DNA from: the human T2T-CHM13v2.0 reference genome, Homo sapiens
Assembly: GCF_009914755.1 (NCBI RefSeq)
Contig: NC_060947.1
Reading direction: 5' to 3' (one strand)
Length of the DNA stretch: 64,000 nt
This document shows positions 45,726 through 60,424 of the stretch, piece by piece. Every line of letters starts with the position of its first letter. The first letter of the stretch is position 1. The notes beneath the pieces were generated by a model that did not search any database, was not told the origin of the DNA, and was given only the letters and a program-made list of their open reading frames with translations. The position numbers were made by a program, and so were the translations under genes.

Positions 45726-46440
45726 CTATTATTTAAAAGTTAATATTAACAGGTGCTGGCAAGGTTACAGAGAAAAAGGAACACTTATACACTGTTGGTG
45801 GGAATGTAAATTATTTCAACATTGTGAAAAACAGTTTGGTGATTCCTCAAATACTAAAAACAAAACTACCATTCAACCCAGCAATCCAATTACTGGGTAT
45901 ATGCTGCCCAAAATATAAATTATTCTACCATAAAGACACATGCACTTGTATGTTCGTTGCAGCACTTTTCACAATAGCAAAGACATGGAGTCAGCCTAAA
46001 TGCTCATTAATGGTAGACTAGATAAAGAAAATATAGTACATATATACCATGGAATACTATGCATTCATAGCATCCATAGAGGAGAGAGAGATCATGTCCT
46101 TTGCAAGAACAAAAATGGAGGTGGATGCTATTGTACTTAGCAAACTAACTGAGGAAGAGAAAACCAAATTCCGCATGTTCTCACTTATAAGTAGGGGCTA
46201 AATGATGAGAACATATTTGACACATACAGGGGAACAACAGACACTGGGGCCTATCTTGATAGCTATCTTGAGAGTGGAGGGTAGGTGGAGGGAGAGAATC
46301 AGGAAAAAATAGCTAGTGGGGGCTAGGTGTAATAACTGGGTGACAACATAATCTGTACAACAAACTTCCATTACACAAGTTAACCTGTGTAACAAACCTG
46401 CACATGTACCCCTGAACTTAAAATAAAAATTAAAAAAATT

Positions 46441-46540
46441 GGGACTTCTGACACACAAAACTGTGAAAATAAAGACTTCTGTTATTTTAAGCCACCCAAT
46501 GTGTGTTAATTTGCTACAGTAGCCCTAGGAAATTAAATAC
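46441..46540 (+). mobile_element. MLT1 (MaLR) LTR 3' terminal fragment
   Basis: ggacttctg…aactgtgaaaataaa…taagccacccaatgtgtg…gtagccctaggaaattaaataca matches an MLT1 LTR end. Confidence 0.75.
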
Positions 46541-47273
46541 AATGATCAAAAGAAAATTGAAGAGTAATCTTTCAGTAACACAAATGAACTCAAATTGACA
46601 TTCCTAAAAATATAATTCCAAAATGCCTGAAATATCTAAAAGCAATGATTACCAAAATAGAAACTTTCACTTGACTTAAATGAGTCAAATAATTCAGTAT
46701 ACAACTCATAATTTCCTTCTGACACTCAATATTTTAAAAAATTCACAGAAAAATTACAACCTTGACTTAAACTGTATATCAACATGAATATATGATTTCC
46801 AAACAAAAGGAAAATTTGATTTATTTAAAATCCTGTATTTACTTTTAGATTAAGCCCATAATTATGCATATTTACGCTTTCAACCTTTTCTATTTTCAAA
46901 GCAAGTAAGATTTCTGTTATCCACAACTTTTTAAGCCAGAAGTTAAATGTTGGTAGAAATTTGGAAAATACTAAAGAGAAAACAATTACCTAAATTCTGA
47001 TACTCTAACACAACAATTTGTAGTATTTTGGTATATTTCATTTCCATCTTTTAAAAACATGGCTACAAGCAGAAAACATATAATTAGGTATCCCGCTCTT
47101 AAAAAAACTTTATGATTGTGTCATGTAAATTTTGCATCAACGCAGCCTTTCAAATTGTAATTTTACAAGCTGTATATCGATACCCATTTTCCTGTTTTTG
47201 GAACTTAGACTGTTTTTAATTTTCCTATTGGAAATAACACCACAATTAAAATCTTGTTCATAATTTCATAAAA
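46441..47273 (+). other. L1 3'-transduced genomic segment
   Basis: Lies between L1 tail and second TSD copy; ATTAAA at 47245-47250 followed by A-run at 47270-47275. Confidence 0.75.
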
Positions 47274-47759
47274 AAGAAATGCTGAAGGGAGCTCTTTAGC
47301 ATAAAAGAAAAGAATGTTAATGAGCAAGAAGGAATCATCTGATGGTACAAACTGACTGGTAATGGTAATCACACAGAGGAACACAGAATAATATAACACT
47401 GTAATTGTGGTGTGTAAACTACTCTTGTCTTAAGTAGAAGGACCAAATAATGAACCAATAAAAAATAATAACTACAACAATTTTTGAAGACATATAATGT
47501 TTACACATAAAGAGAAGGAAAAAGTTAAAAACCAGGGGAAGAAATAAAGTGTAGAGTTTTGTTAGTTTTATTTTTGTGTGTTCATATATTTATTTATGCA
47601 ATTAGTGTTCTGTTGTCATCAGTTTAAATAACAAATTATAAGATAGCTATCTTGAGCAGAAAGAACAAAACTGGATGAATCATATCACCTAACTTAAAAT
47701 TATACTATAGAGCTAGAGTAACCAAAACAGTATGGTACTGGCATAAAAACAGATGTATA

Positions 47760-48134
<375 letters not shown>

Positions 48135-51059
48135 TCATGTCTATCGTGTCTAACAAGGTTGCCAAGAAAATATGTTGGGAAAAAGACAGTCTTTTCAATA
48201 GATGGTGCTGAAAAAAACTGCATATCCATATGCAGAAGAATAAAAGTAAACTACTCTTGCCATATATAAAAATCAAATCAAAATGGATTAAAAACTTACA
48301 TCTAATATCTCAAATTATGACACGAATAAAATAAAACATTGGGAAAAGTCTCCAGGTCATTAGTCTGGGCAAACATTTCATGAACAATACCGCACAAATA
48401 CAGGCAACCAGAGCAAAAATTTACAAATGGGATTGCATCAAGTTAAAAAACTTCTGCACAGCAAGATAAATGATGAACAAAGTGAAGAGAAAACCCACAG
48501 AATGGAAGATAATATCTGCAAACTACCTATCTGACAAGGGATTAATAACCAGAATATATAAGGAGCTCAAACACCTCTATATTGAAAAGATCTAATAATC
48601 TGATTTTAAAATGTGCAAAAGATTTAAACACACATTTTTCAAAAGACTTATAAGTGGCAAACAGGCATATGAAAATGTGCTCAACATCACTAATCATTAG
48701 AGACATGCAGATCAAAACGACAATGAAATATCATCTCACCTGAGTTAAAATGGCTTTTATCCAATTGGCAGGCAAAAACAAATGCTGGTGAGAATGTAGA
48801 GAAAAGGCAACTCTTAGACACTTTTCTTGGGAATGTAAATTGGTACAACCACTGTGGAGAATAATTTGGAGATTCCTCAAAAACTAAAAATAGGGCTACC
48901 ATATGATCCAGCAATCCCACTGCTGGGCATATATTAAAAAAAAAAGGAAATCAGTATATCAAATAGATATCTGCACTCCTATGTTTGTTGCAGCACTGTT
49001 TCCAATAGTCAACATTTGGAAGCCACAGAAATTTGCATCAGCAGATGAATGGATAAATGAAATATGGTACATATACACAATGGAATACTATTCAGCCTCA
49101 AAAAAGAATGAGATTCTGTCATTTGCAACAATATGGATGAAACTTAAGGCCATTATGTTAAGTGAAATAAACCAGGTGCAGTAAGGCAACCACCATGTTT
49201 TCACTTATTTGTGGGATCTAAAAATCAAAACAATTCAACTCATGGAGATAGAGAATGGAAGAATGGTTACCAGAAGCTGGGAAGGGTAGTGGGGTATTGA
49301 GAGGGAGGTAGGTATTGTCAATGGGTACAAAGAAATAATAGAATGAGTAACACCTAGTATTTGGCAAAACAGGGTGATTTTAGTCAATAATAACTTAATT
49401 ATTGTACATTTAAAAATAACTAAAATATTATAACTGGATTGTTTGTAACACAAGTAATTAATGTTTAAGGAGATGCACACCTAATTTTCATGATTTGATT
49501 ATTACACATCACATGGCTATAACAAAATATCTCGTCTACTCCATAAATATAAATCCTCGCTATGTATCCAAAAATTAAAAATGAAAAACTTCATATATAT
49601 GTTTTAAAAAGAGTTTATCAACATAGTGTTTTAATGCGTATATGTTAAAAATATATTTATAAGAGTTTATTGGTGTCAATAAACTTTTTTATAATTACAG
49701 TATTCAGAATGAAATTATAAAAATGACACCACATATATGTTGAAAAACCTGGTGTCAATAAACTTCTTTTTATAATTGCATTCTGAATAATGGTCCACAT
49801 TTCATCTTTTTGAAATTATGTAAAATTTAAAGTTCAGATGCTGTACTTATGTATTCATTTCTGTTTAATAATGTTGAATGTATAATATTTAATGCTTTTG
49901 GCATCCCTGAAAATTGAGAGCAAAAGAGTATTGGAATATATTACTGTTTAATATATAGTTACAAAGTAAACCATTGATAGTGAATAAAAACCAAGAAATA
50001 CTAAATAAACAAAAATATCAGTAGTTGCAATCTTTCTCACATTAACTTCCTGTAGCTAGATAACACATTTCTGGGGTGTAAGATTTGATTTTCTGATCCG
50101 GGCATTAAATATTTACTTCTAATTATAGTCTTACGTGAGACACACACAAAAAAACTAATTTGCATTATCAATGATGCAAGAAATGTGACGTTTAGTCTTT
50201 TAAGATTGGTAATAAAGAGAAAAGCATGTGGAAGATTTACTTTACCTTCTTTTTCTCTTGAAAGCAAGTTTAAATAATGAAACTTATTTAACTAACTTCT
50301 TAAGAATTATTTTTTTCTACTGACTAGAATATAAAAAGAGGGTACTATCTGAGATAGAGCTGGGACTGCAAAGATTCCATTTCAGTCTCAATCTCAAGGG
50401 GAAAATCAAAGGGTTTCTTTCTCTCAACAGTTTTGGTGAGATCATATGCTGAGATGTTGACAGCTACCACACTACAAAAACAGTAAAGCAACTTTTCTCA
50501 ATGAAACTTCTGTTTTTGTCCACAAAATGTTTCTGTTTGTTTGGTCCTTTATTCTCTTAATAATTTTTTTCAGTGGATTGAGGTCTAAGAATGCCATTCT
50601 TCCCAGCCAGGAAAGAGCAAGCCAGTGTTCGATTAACTATTCATCAAGCCATGCTTTCCCCCAATATTCTATTTATATATAGTTTTACTTGCTTGATGAT
50701 AGCCAAATGCGAATTAACATGAAAGTCTGATTTTTATGCAAATGGGACATTACTGGAAAACTCTCTAATCCAATGGAATAAGTGTTGAGTAATGAAATTC
50801 TGATATTGTGTTTAATGATATATTGCACTATTGAGAATATTTGTGCTTACCTTCGAGTCTATCTTCTAAAAGATACCAAACCCCCTTACACAAAGTAGAA
50901 AACAAAGTCAAATAGCTAAATATTGTGTCTTAATAATGTTAAAACATTAAATGTTTCAAATATTCCAATGTTTAGAATTATTTAAACAAATAAAACATAA
51001 GAATTGTTTTACTGTCTTGTTGTTATTACCCAGCAGTTTGGAACTCAACTTGGTGAGTA

Positions 51060-51305
51060 TGGGGTAGTGGAAAACTTGTGAATTTCAGAGACAGACCGAA
51101 CTTGGTTCATAAAGTCAAGATTTTACTAGATATTAACCTTGGGTGAATTATTAAAAATATTTCAACCTTGATTACCTCATCTGCAAAATATGAATAACAA
51201 TACTACTTGCTTCATAGGATTCTGAACATCAAAACAGAAAACATATATAATGCAAATATCACAGTGACTAAAACATAGAACCTGATCAGTCAATGATAAT
51301 TATTA
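51060..51305 (+). mobile_element. MIR SINE
   Basis: accttgggtgaattatt…acctcatctgcaaaat…aacaatactac…tcataggat core. Confidence 0.6.
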
Positions 51306-51569
51306 TAACTATTATTGTCATGTCTGGCTTTTAATTCTACCAATAACAGCATCTTTTAAAAAGCTATGTTGATTCCTGCTTTTTTCATTTTATCACACCA
51401 TTGAGAAGGTAATTAACTTGTTTATCTTTTCTCAAATTTTATTTTAAAATATTGTTCAAAGGAGCTTTTCGCTGAAAAGATAGTTGACTGCTAGTCGTAC
51501 TACATTTTATCTTTAAAATGTGCTTTAATTCCTTGACAACTGAAAAATATGAAAAAAATGTGCTTTTAC

Positions 51570-52094
51570 ATGGTTGGTGGGAGTGTAATTTAGTTCAACC
51601 ACTGCAGTGTAGTGATTCCTCAAAGACCTGAAGACAGAAATCTCATTTGACCCAACAATCCCATTACTGGATATATACCTAAAGGAATATAAATCATTCT
51701 ATTATAAAGATACATGCACATGTATGTTCACTACAGTACTATTCACAATAGCAAAGACATGGAATCAACCTAAATGCCCATCAGTGATAGACTGGATAAA
51801 GAAAGTGTAGTATACCATGGAATACTATGCAGCCATAAAAGAACAAGATCATGTAGTCTGCGAGGATATGAATGGAGTTGGAAGCCAATATACTCAGCAA
51901 ACTAATGCAGGAACAGAAAACCAAACAACACATGTTCTTACTTATAAGTGGGAGTTGAATGATGAGAACACATGGACATATGGGGGGATCAAAACAACCA
52001 CCATGGCACACATTTGCCTATGTAACAAACCTGCACATCCTGCACATACAAGTATCCCTGAAGTTAAAAGTTGAAGAAAAAAAAGAAAAAAAAA
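51570..52094 (+). mobile_element. L1PA8-12-like 3' fragment with 3'UTR internal deletion
   Basis: ORF2 end (MEYYAAIK), 3'UTR jumps from acatggacatatgggggga to aaccaccatggcaca; A tail. Confidence 0.8.
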
Positions 52095-52459
52095 ACATAT
52101 TTGGGGTGGAGAGAGACAATATGATTTGGACAATGACATCTTACATAAACTTGGCCCATGAGTGTTTAGGCATATTTTGTTTTGTTTTTTTCCTGAAATA
52201 CTAAGTATAGGAAAGTATTATGTCTAGGGCAATTTTGGGAAATAGGTGTCATATTTTCCCTTGAGGAAAAGGTTTTTCATGGCAGTGAGGAGGGGGTGAG
52301 GGGTTATTTTAAACATTAGCAAATATCTGAACAATAGAAGTGGAGATACCAGAAGGATGAGGTCTTTAAGGAGGTTTGAGCTCTGAATCCTTTAGAAAGC
52401 AACTTTATTACTTGTCCTGACTGTACAAATGAAGGTTTAATGAAATAAGACTTATTTTT

Positions 52460-53175
52460 GCTTTTATTTTTTAGCTTTTGCTTTTGAAATTATTCAAGAC
52501 CCACAAAACTTGCAAAAGTGGTCCAAAGTGATTTTGTATACCTTTGCCCCAGATTCTCCAAAGGTTAACGTATTACATAACCAAATTACAATTGACACAA
52601 TCAATAAATTAACACTGATACATTACTTTAATCTCCAGACCTGTTTAATTTTGCCAATTGTCCCACTAATTTCCTTTTTCTGATCCAGGACCTAATATTT
52701 GATTAAACATTGCATTAATTGTCCTGTCTCTTTAGTCTCCTTAAATTTGAAATCGTTTCTCATTATTTCTTTTTATTTTAGGATGATGCATTTGAAGAGT
52801 AAAAGCTAGTTATTTTGTGGAATTCTTCTCGTTTTTCTTTTGTCTAATATTTCTTAAAGATCAAATTTAGATTATAAATTTTGTGGCAAAAACATCACGG
52901 AAACAATGTCTGTCTCCCTCTTAACACATCATAGTAAGAGGCCTATGATATTGGTATGTCTTGTTAATGGTGAAATTAACCTTGATAATTTAGTTAAACT
53001 GGTACCTACTGGGTTTTTGTGGTGCAAAGGTACTATTTTTCCTCTTGTAATTAACATTTCATAGAAAGATACTTTGAACCCATGCAATTTACCTGTTTTT
53101 ATAATAGATTTTCCCACTAATTTTTATCCATTGATGATTCTTGGCTGAAATAATCGGTGTGGAGTTTACCCATGG
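52460..53175 (-). mobile_element. L1MC4-like 3'UTR
   Basis: ttgtcccactaat…tgatccaggac, ggtgaaattaaccttgat, atccattgatgattcttggctgaa motifs. Confidence 0.6.
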
Positions 53176-53199
53176 TTTTTTTTTAATTTATTTTCATCA

Positions 53200-53640
53200 T
53201 CACATAGTTTGCTAAGAATAATGGTCTTTAGTTCCATCCATGTTCCTGCAAAGGACGTAATCTTATTCTTTTCTATGCCTGCATAGTATACCATGATGTA
53301 CATGTACCACATTTCTTTATCCAGTCTACTATTGATGGACTTTTAGGTTGATTCCATGTCTTTGCTACTGTGAATAGTGCTGCAATGAACATTTGCATGC
53401 ATGTGTCTTTACAGGAGAAGAATTCATATTCATCTGGGTATATATCCAGTAGTAGGATTGCTGGGTCGAATGGCATTTCTGTTTTTAGGTCTTTGAGGAA
53501 TCATCTCAGTGATTTCCAAAATAGTTGAACTAATTTACACTCCCACCAGCAGGGTAAAAGCATTCCTTTTTCTCCGCAACTGTCAGCATCTGTTATTTTT
53601 TGACTATTTAATAGTAGCCATTCTGACTGGTGTGAGATGG
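53200..53640 (-). mobile_element. Older L1PA ORF2-end fragment
   Basis: ORF 53273-53476 PFDPAILLLDIYP…[17 protein letters not shown]. Confidence 0.8.
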
Positions 53641-53748
53641 GGGCCCTTTCAACTTGCATCCTGTAGACAGGTCTTAATTTTAATTTTTATATTTTTAGAA
53701 AACAAAAAGCAGTTTTATTTAACAATCTTTACATGCCAGCATCTATTT

Positions 53749-54029
<281 letters not shown>

Positions 54030-57000
54030 CCTATTTTTAATAGGGTTATTTTCAGGTGCCACAAGTAAGGAGAGATGATGCTTTTAACTATGAGCCAAGC
54101 AACCAGGATTCCATCCTGAGCTTATCTAAGAACAAGCTGTCAGTAAATTATTTCCCATTCCTTCACCTCAACAGATTTTTTTTCAATAGCAAGTGGGTAT
54201 TGGACTTTTAACAATAGGGGTATTTGGTATCCAAAAATTGTTGACCTCCATCTGATGAAAAGCAGTTCTGGTCATCAGTTGACTGATTTATTTTTCTACA
54301 ATAACTTGATTAGCATACAAGCTATAAAAAAAAGTAAAAGAATGGTTCTATTGGGTATCACATGTAAAGCAAAGTTAACCCAGAAGTACAAAAGCAGGAA
54401 TAACAAGACTTACAAAGGAGGATTTTCAGTATATTTCTAATTTAGAAAGAGATAGAGCTCTTGGCCTTTGGTGGCTTGTGGTCTCCTGTAAATGTTACAT
54501 TACCTCAAAAAGACAATATTAATAAAATTATGCTGTTCTGCTTAGGAAATAGTTGTAATGTTACCAATATAACTAACTATTCCTTCATATACAGAACCAA
54601 AGGGAAAAAAACTCTTGAATTCAAGAAAAAATGTATCATTGATGAGTTGCAAAAGTGAGAATGCCTGAACACTTCTCAACAGGTGAGTAGGATTTAAGAC
54701 TGACAGATATAAAAATCTTTTTAAAGTAATGCTTTTTCTGGTTACTTCTCATGGAATAAACTTTACTTATATTTTTGGCATATGCCCTTCAATATTTTCA
54801 GTTCACTCTCAATGAATGTACTTTTATTCTGTTCTTACCCACAAAGTATTTTTAGCAAAATTTTAAAATAGTAAACATACAAAAATATGTTAACAACTTT
54901 AGCACCTTGTGGAAAATAATAACATCATATTACTTGTAGAATTATGATTTTATTTCAACCAAGATACTATGGTTCCGATTCATAATTGGTCAACTTTACT
55001 TGTAACCAAGACAGCCTTTCATTAAGTCACAAAATATTTTCTTCATTATTGGATTCAGAGCAAAAACTTCTTAAATTATGGCCTAACACAACAATTTTTA
55101 TTATTAAAATTATTTACATCAGAGCAATTAATTCTTCATTGGTTGTCAGAATATACACACACACACAATTTGTAGATTTTTCTTTTTCATCTATTTTAAT
55201 GATTATAAAAATATCAACATCAATTGTTTTAATTAAAGTGCACTCTACAATGTTCTCCTTATATTACAATGAAGGTAACCTATAAGACAATGACACACTA
55301 GTATCTCATGTCAGCTAATTTCATGAAAAGTCTCATGAAAACTAAGATGTTCAATTAAATATTATTTTATGCAATGTTGAATTTTGCTAGAATATAAGGT
55401 GACAGCATCATTAATCAGCTTCTTATAGGACATAAAATTAATTTTTCTATTGAGGCAAATGTGTCATTTATGTGAAATCAGATCCTCATTTACACTTTAT
55501 GGGGAATTTGAAATCACACTTATGCCTGAGAGTGCTCTCACAAAGTGGGCTGACCTGGTATAATTTTGAGTTATTTAAAGAACTACGTAATCCACTCTGA
55601 ATTTCAAATACAACTTAAAGCTCAATTCTCAAAGCTCTCAAGAAGTTTAATTTACCATAACAAGCACTGTTTCAACTAACTGGTTTTATTTTCAGATGCC
55701 AAGGAAGAGACGTACAGGAGCAAAAAGTGTACATTTTCCAGGGTTCAGTCCAGAGATAGCTGGCATTTTAATTTGTTCTTAGCATAAAGCAATAATGAAT
55801 AGGTCCATGCCAGCTTTTCCCAAACAGAGGCGTTTTCACCTCCAAGGGTTCATAGCCTAGTAAACAACTGATAAGCGATACATGAAAAGCTTGAGTTTTC
55901 ATAATGTAACTATTCAAATGCAAGTGCTGTCTTGTTATAAAGAGCCTACCACACATTTTTCTGTCTTGTAAACAGCATCTGGAGCCCAGGGAAGAGAAGA
56001 AGGGAACGATTTGCATCTGGCTTAGGCATCTCAAAATGAATGGATGAAAAATGCAAGAGCAGTAGCAAGCTGTGTACTGTCAGCAATGATGAAAATAACA
56101 AATGAGCATGTGTAGTCCATTATACACATTTTACAGTATCCAGCTCTCTTTGTGAACCAACATTCCTGTGGACTAGGATAGCTGACCATTTTCCAATCAG
56201 GAGGACTGAGGCATGAGTAAATTTCAACCATTTCCCTAAACATTTTTTATGGAAATTGACAAATAAAACTATGCTTTATAGATGGTAATTCCCAGGACAA
56301 TTCTGAGAGGGTGGAAAAAGGAGGTGTGGGACTAATACTACAAAATTCCTAACAGATGTTTAGTAAGTTTAGTCAGAAACTGGAGGTTATGAGACCTACA
56401 GCTCCCATTCTCCAACCCCTTGATCCTTCTCTGCTCTCTTGAAACTTTGAGCGACTGTTAGGACATTAATAAGAAAACCAGAATAGGTAATTATTTAAAT
56501 AGATTAAAAATGTTTGAGAGAGCCCAAATTGTACTTATCCTTCAAAAATAGCTTCAATCCTGCCTACCCTGAGACTTTCCCAAGCCACTTTAGCCTAAGT
56601 GCATGTGTTGTCCTCTGAACTTTTCTAGAACCTATTGCCGTCACCACTCATTGTGATAAAGACAACTAATCACATTATCTTGTATCAACTCACCTTTTTC
56701 TAGATTTTTGTTCCTTTGTACATTTTTTTTAGCTTTTCACATATTTTTACATCTTCTCTAAGTCTAGACATTAAGGTCCTTGAGATCAGAGACTTTCTTT
56801 TGCTTTTTAATGTCTCTTCTGATACTTACTTAATGACTTTCACATATAGAAGTTCTTAGTATAAATGTGTTCACTAATTGAGAATAATCAGGAATTAAGA
56901 AATATGGAAACTACCAAAAACAAATGAATATTCCGTTGGTACTCTAAAGATATTGAACGAGACCAGAAAAATGAAAGTACATAATAAACAGGCATGGACT

Positions 57001-57479
57001 TTTGGGTCTCTATTTGATTACTTTCTTAAATATGTTCTCATTTTTAGTTACTAATGTTAATTATTGCCACATTCAATTTTAATTTAAAAGTTATTTTCCT
57101 TTGGCAGTAACCCTTAGGCAAGTTGTACATTCTACTAATTGATCCTAAACTCTATTTTAATCATCCTCATGTTCTTATTTTCTCCAAAATATATCAGCAT
57201 CTTAAATATTCACTTTAAATGAACTGGTTTTTTTTTCCTAAATGCATTATTCCTGGTATGTGAATATTAGGGTTATTGTTCAGAGAATCCTTTCTTTGTT
57301 AGAGAAAGGAAATTCGCAAGTCAAAACAACATTTATTTTCTGTTTCTAAATAATTATTCTTTTTCTGAAGATAGCATCAATTGTCAGACCATGGATAGTA
57401 AAGACAGAACATAATCCGATGGAGTCCAATGTTCAATAAAACACTGAAAAGGAAGCAAAAGACATTAGTGTTGTCGATC

Positions 57480-57690
57480 ATTTTGAGTTATCATTATGTG
57501 CCAAGACTATGTTGTTAAGTACTTCACATATAAAATTATTTTAATTATCATTATAGCCTTATGAAAATAATTATTCTTGCAAATTTCATTTACAGTAGGA
57601 AAACTGAGCACAGGATCACACAACTAAAAAGCACTAGAGCCAGAATTTGAATGTCAATTTATCTAACTAGAAATCCCAAATCTTTAGCTA
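57480..57690 (-). mobile_element. MIR SINE
   Basis: tatgtgccaagactatg…catttacagtaggaaaactgagcacag…agagccagaatttgaa. Confidence 0.6.
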
Positions 57691-59184
57691 ATTTATCATC
57701 CTAGAAAGATGACACATGGATCATTGTCATATGCCACAGCATGGATATCCATGATCTTATTATATGAATAACTTTGGACAGGCTGAAAGGAGCAAAGACA
57801 TGAAACCAGAACAACCACTAGTGGGGTGCATGATGGTTAAAGGATTGGGAAAAAGGAGATAGACTCAGCTACAAGTGCTAAGAAAATCTAGTCTAGAAGC
57901 TGATTTTATATCAAGAATATGGTAACAGATACCAGGAAGTTTAGGCAAAATAACATTATTTACCTCAGGCCTGATGTGAGGCATAAGTAATTTAATACTT
58001 TGAAAGTTTATAGGCCATTCTTTGGCACATGGTTAGCACTCAGTTCATGTAATCCATTATTATTCATTATTATTATTTATATCTAGCTAATAAAGCCAGT
58101 AGAGCAGAGATAGGAAATCTAACTGGCTGTGAAACTCTGAAGTCCAAGAAGGTAACTGGTTTGAGTAAACACTGTCAGCATCTAGGCAGAGTCCCAGGTA
58201 GTCCTGTCACAAGGACAAGACTTTCGATGAAGTGAGCTGCCTTCTTTAAAGTCTAAAAGGGCAGGGGCACTAAAGTAAAAATTATCACATAGAAAATGAA
58301 GGCAAAAGTGCTAGCCAAACTAGGGCATAAAATTGGCACCAGATAAATGGCAAAGGGATTTGATCCCTGCTGAAGCTTTATAGTTTCCTCCTATCTCAGC
58401 CCATGGTTGGTATTAGGGATTGGGACCACGGTTGAGTCCACGGACCAAGTAATTCATGTTATTGAGAGCAGAGAGATGCAGGGATTAGGAGTCAGTAAAA
58501 CAGCAATATCTTAGGAAATTTTCTTCTCCACTATGTTTTTTCAGCATAACCAATCCCTGTAATTTACTATTGTCTAAACCAATGAGGTAAAGCTGCCACA
58601 TGCCAGAGTCTGAGCTGAGAGAACTACAGTTATTAATCAAGATTGTGAGGTGAAGTTCATTGTGAAAAGTCTGAAAGAGCAGTCCAAGCGGTAAACCAGA
58701 AAACTTGCCAAGTACAATATGTGTGCAGAGGTCAGTCTAAAGCAGGCAAAGAAAGACAGTCCAACCAGGAGCCAGGAATTCAAACCAATCTTCAAAAGTC
58801 TTTGGAGACCAGCTCAAACAGACACTGGAAGATCTGAAACAACCCCGGGAAGGCGATATTTGTGCATGGAATTGCTAAAGCTGAAGTTTGTCAGATGGTG
58901 CTCTAGACAGTCACATAAGCAGAAAACATAGTCATAGGCTGGTGACAAATTTTACTGATCAAACAGGGACTGCACAAAGAAAGTCAATTTTACTCCTTGA
59001 AATGTTGGGCATAAAGGATGCTACTGCAAATAATGAAGATTTTGTATGTGAAAGATTAAATTATTTTTCTTCAAAGAGCGATGAGATTTTGCATAACACT
59101 CTGAAGATGAAATCAGCTCTCTTTTATTTGAGGAGAAAAGTAACTTTATTTTAACTAAACAAGTGAAGGAAAATGAGAAAGGGG

Positions 59185-59350
59185 ATCAACGGTCTGGAGG
59201 TCTAATCTCATCTTTGCTATAATGCTTCAACCTTGTGCAAGTCACTTAAACCTTTGCTTTTTTTGCTCAGAAATAAGGATAATAATACCTGAGAATTAAA
59301 TTCTGTTACAGGATATTATTTAAAGCAAAATATTTCATATAAGTATTTAA
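59185..59350 (+). mobile_element. MIR SINE fragment
   Basis: ggaggtctaatctca…accttgtgcaagtcacttaaacc…ataataatacct. Confidence 0.55.
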
Positions 59351-60424
59351 TTTTTTTAAAAAAGTCCAACCCTAATAAAACAAAACATTAGAATATTAAT
59401 AATTATTCAAGTTGTGTGATGAGTACATTAAGAAGGAATCATTATACTATTATCTCTACTATTGTACAATTATTTTTAACAAAAATTTAAACACAAAAAG
59501 TCTAATGCTCACAGAAAATAAAAGGATTTCTGCTTCAATGGCAACATATATGCCCAAGGTATGGATATTCTGAAATAAATAAGTCAGGGAAAATAACCAA
59601 GCTTTCAAAGAACACCCAATACTGACTTTCTCAGGGCAGGAAGTTTTCTGCTGAAAACTACTTGGAGAAGTAAGTCCATTCAAATGCTAGACAGTAGTAT
59701 GTCTAAGGTGTGATTCAAGGATTATTAAGAAGAAAATAAGGATGAGCCTTGGGCATTCCTCCATAGTAGGATGAGCATAACAGTTTTGCTTTTCTAAGGT
59801 CAATACAGAGAATTGAGCTCATAATTCTCAAGCCTGAGACTAGCAATATTTGACCCTGGAGCCACATACAGCTCTCTAGAGGTTCATATGTAGCCATTGA
59901 AGGCTACATTAAGTAAAAATAAAAATTTTAACTTTTATTTATATTTTGAATAAGAGTGATGCTATGTTCTCTGAAAATGCCAAAACACTATTATAAGTGG
60001 AATGAAATATTTTAAATGTATTATAAGTGCAATGAAACATTAGAAGTGGAATGAAACAATTTAAGTAAATAATGTAGAAGTTTTTCATTTCTTCTCAATA
60101 TGTAATAAAGTTCTCAGCTTGGGAAACTCATGGTGTTTAATTTAGGATTCAGGTATGCCTCAATGGAAGGTCTATGAGACACACTGACCCTGAGTCTACT
60201 CTCATGAGGGATTATAGAATCTACTGTGAGAAAAAGAAGACTCAACCCAAGGAAAAACAGAGAGAAGACATAAAAAGTTGACCAAAGATAACGGACCAGC
60301 ATAGAATGAGAGACAATATTTTATATCCAGCAGGGTGACTCATTCAAATTGTTCCCCAGTCAATCTGAGTTTTGAGGATATGGAGTATCTTAAGAATGTT
60401 CTTCCCCACCCACTACATCAATCT

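Noticed and set aside
47635-47665. Host L1MA internal deletion as a spliced L1 integrant
   Set aside because: Junction cannot be fitted to GT-AG using the consensus as I recall it; microhomology deletion is more likely
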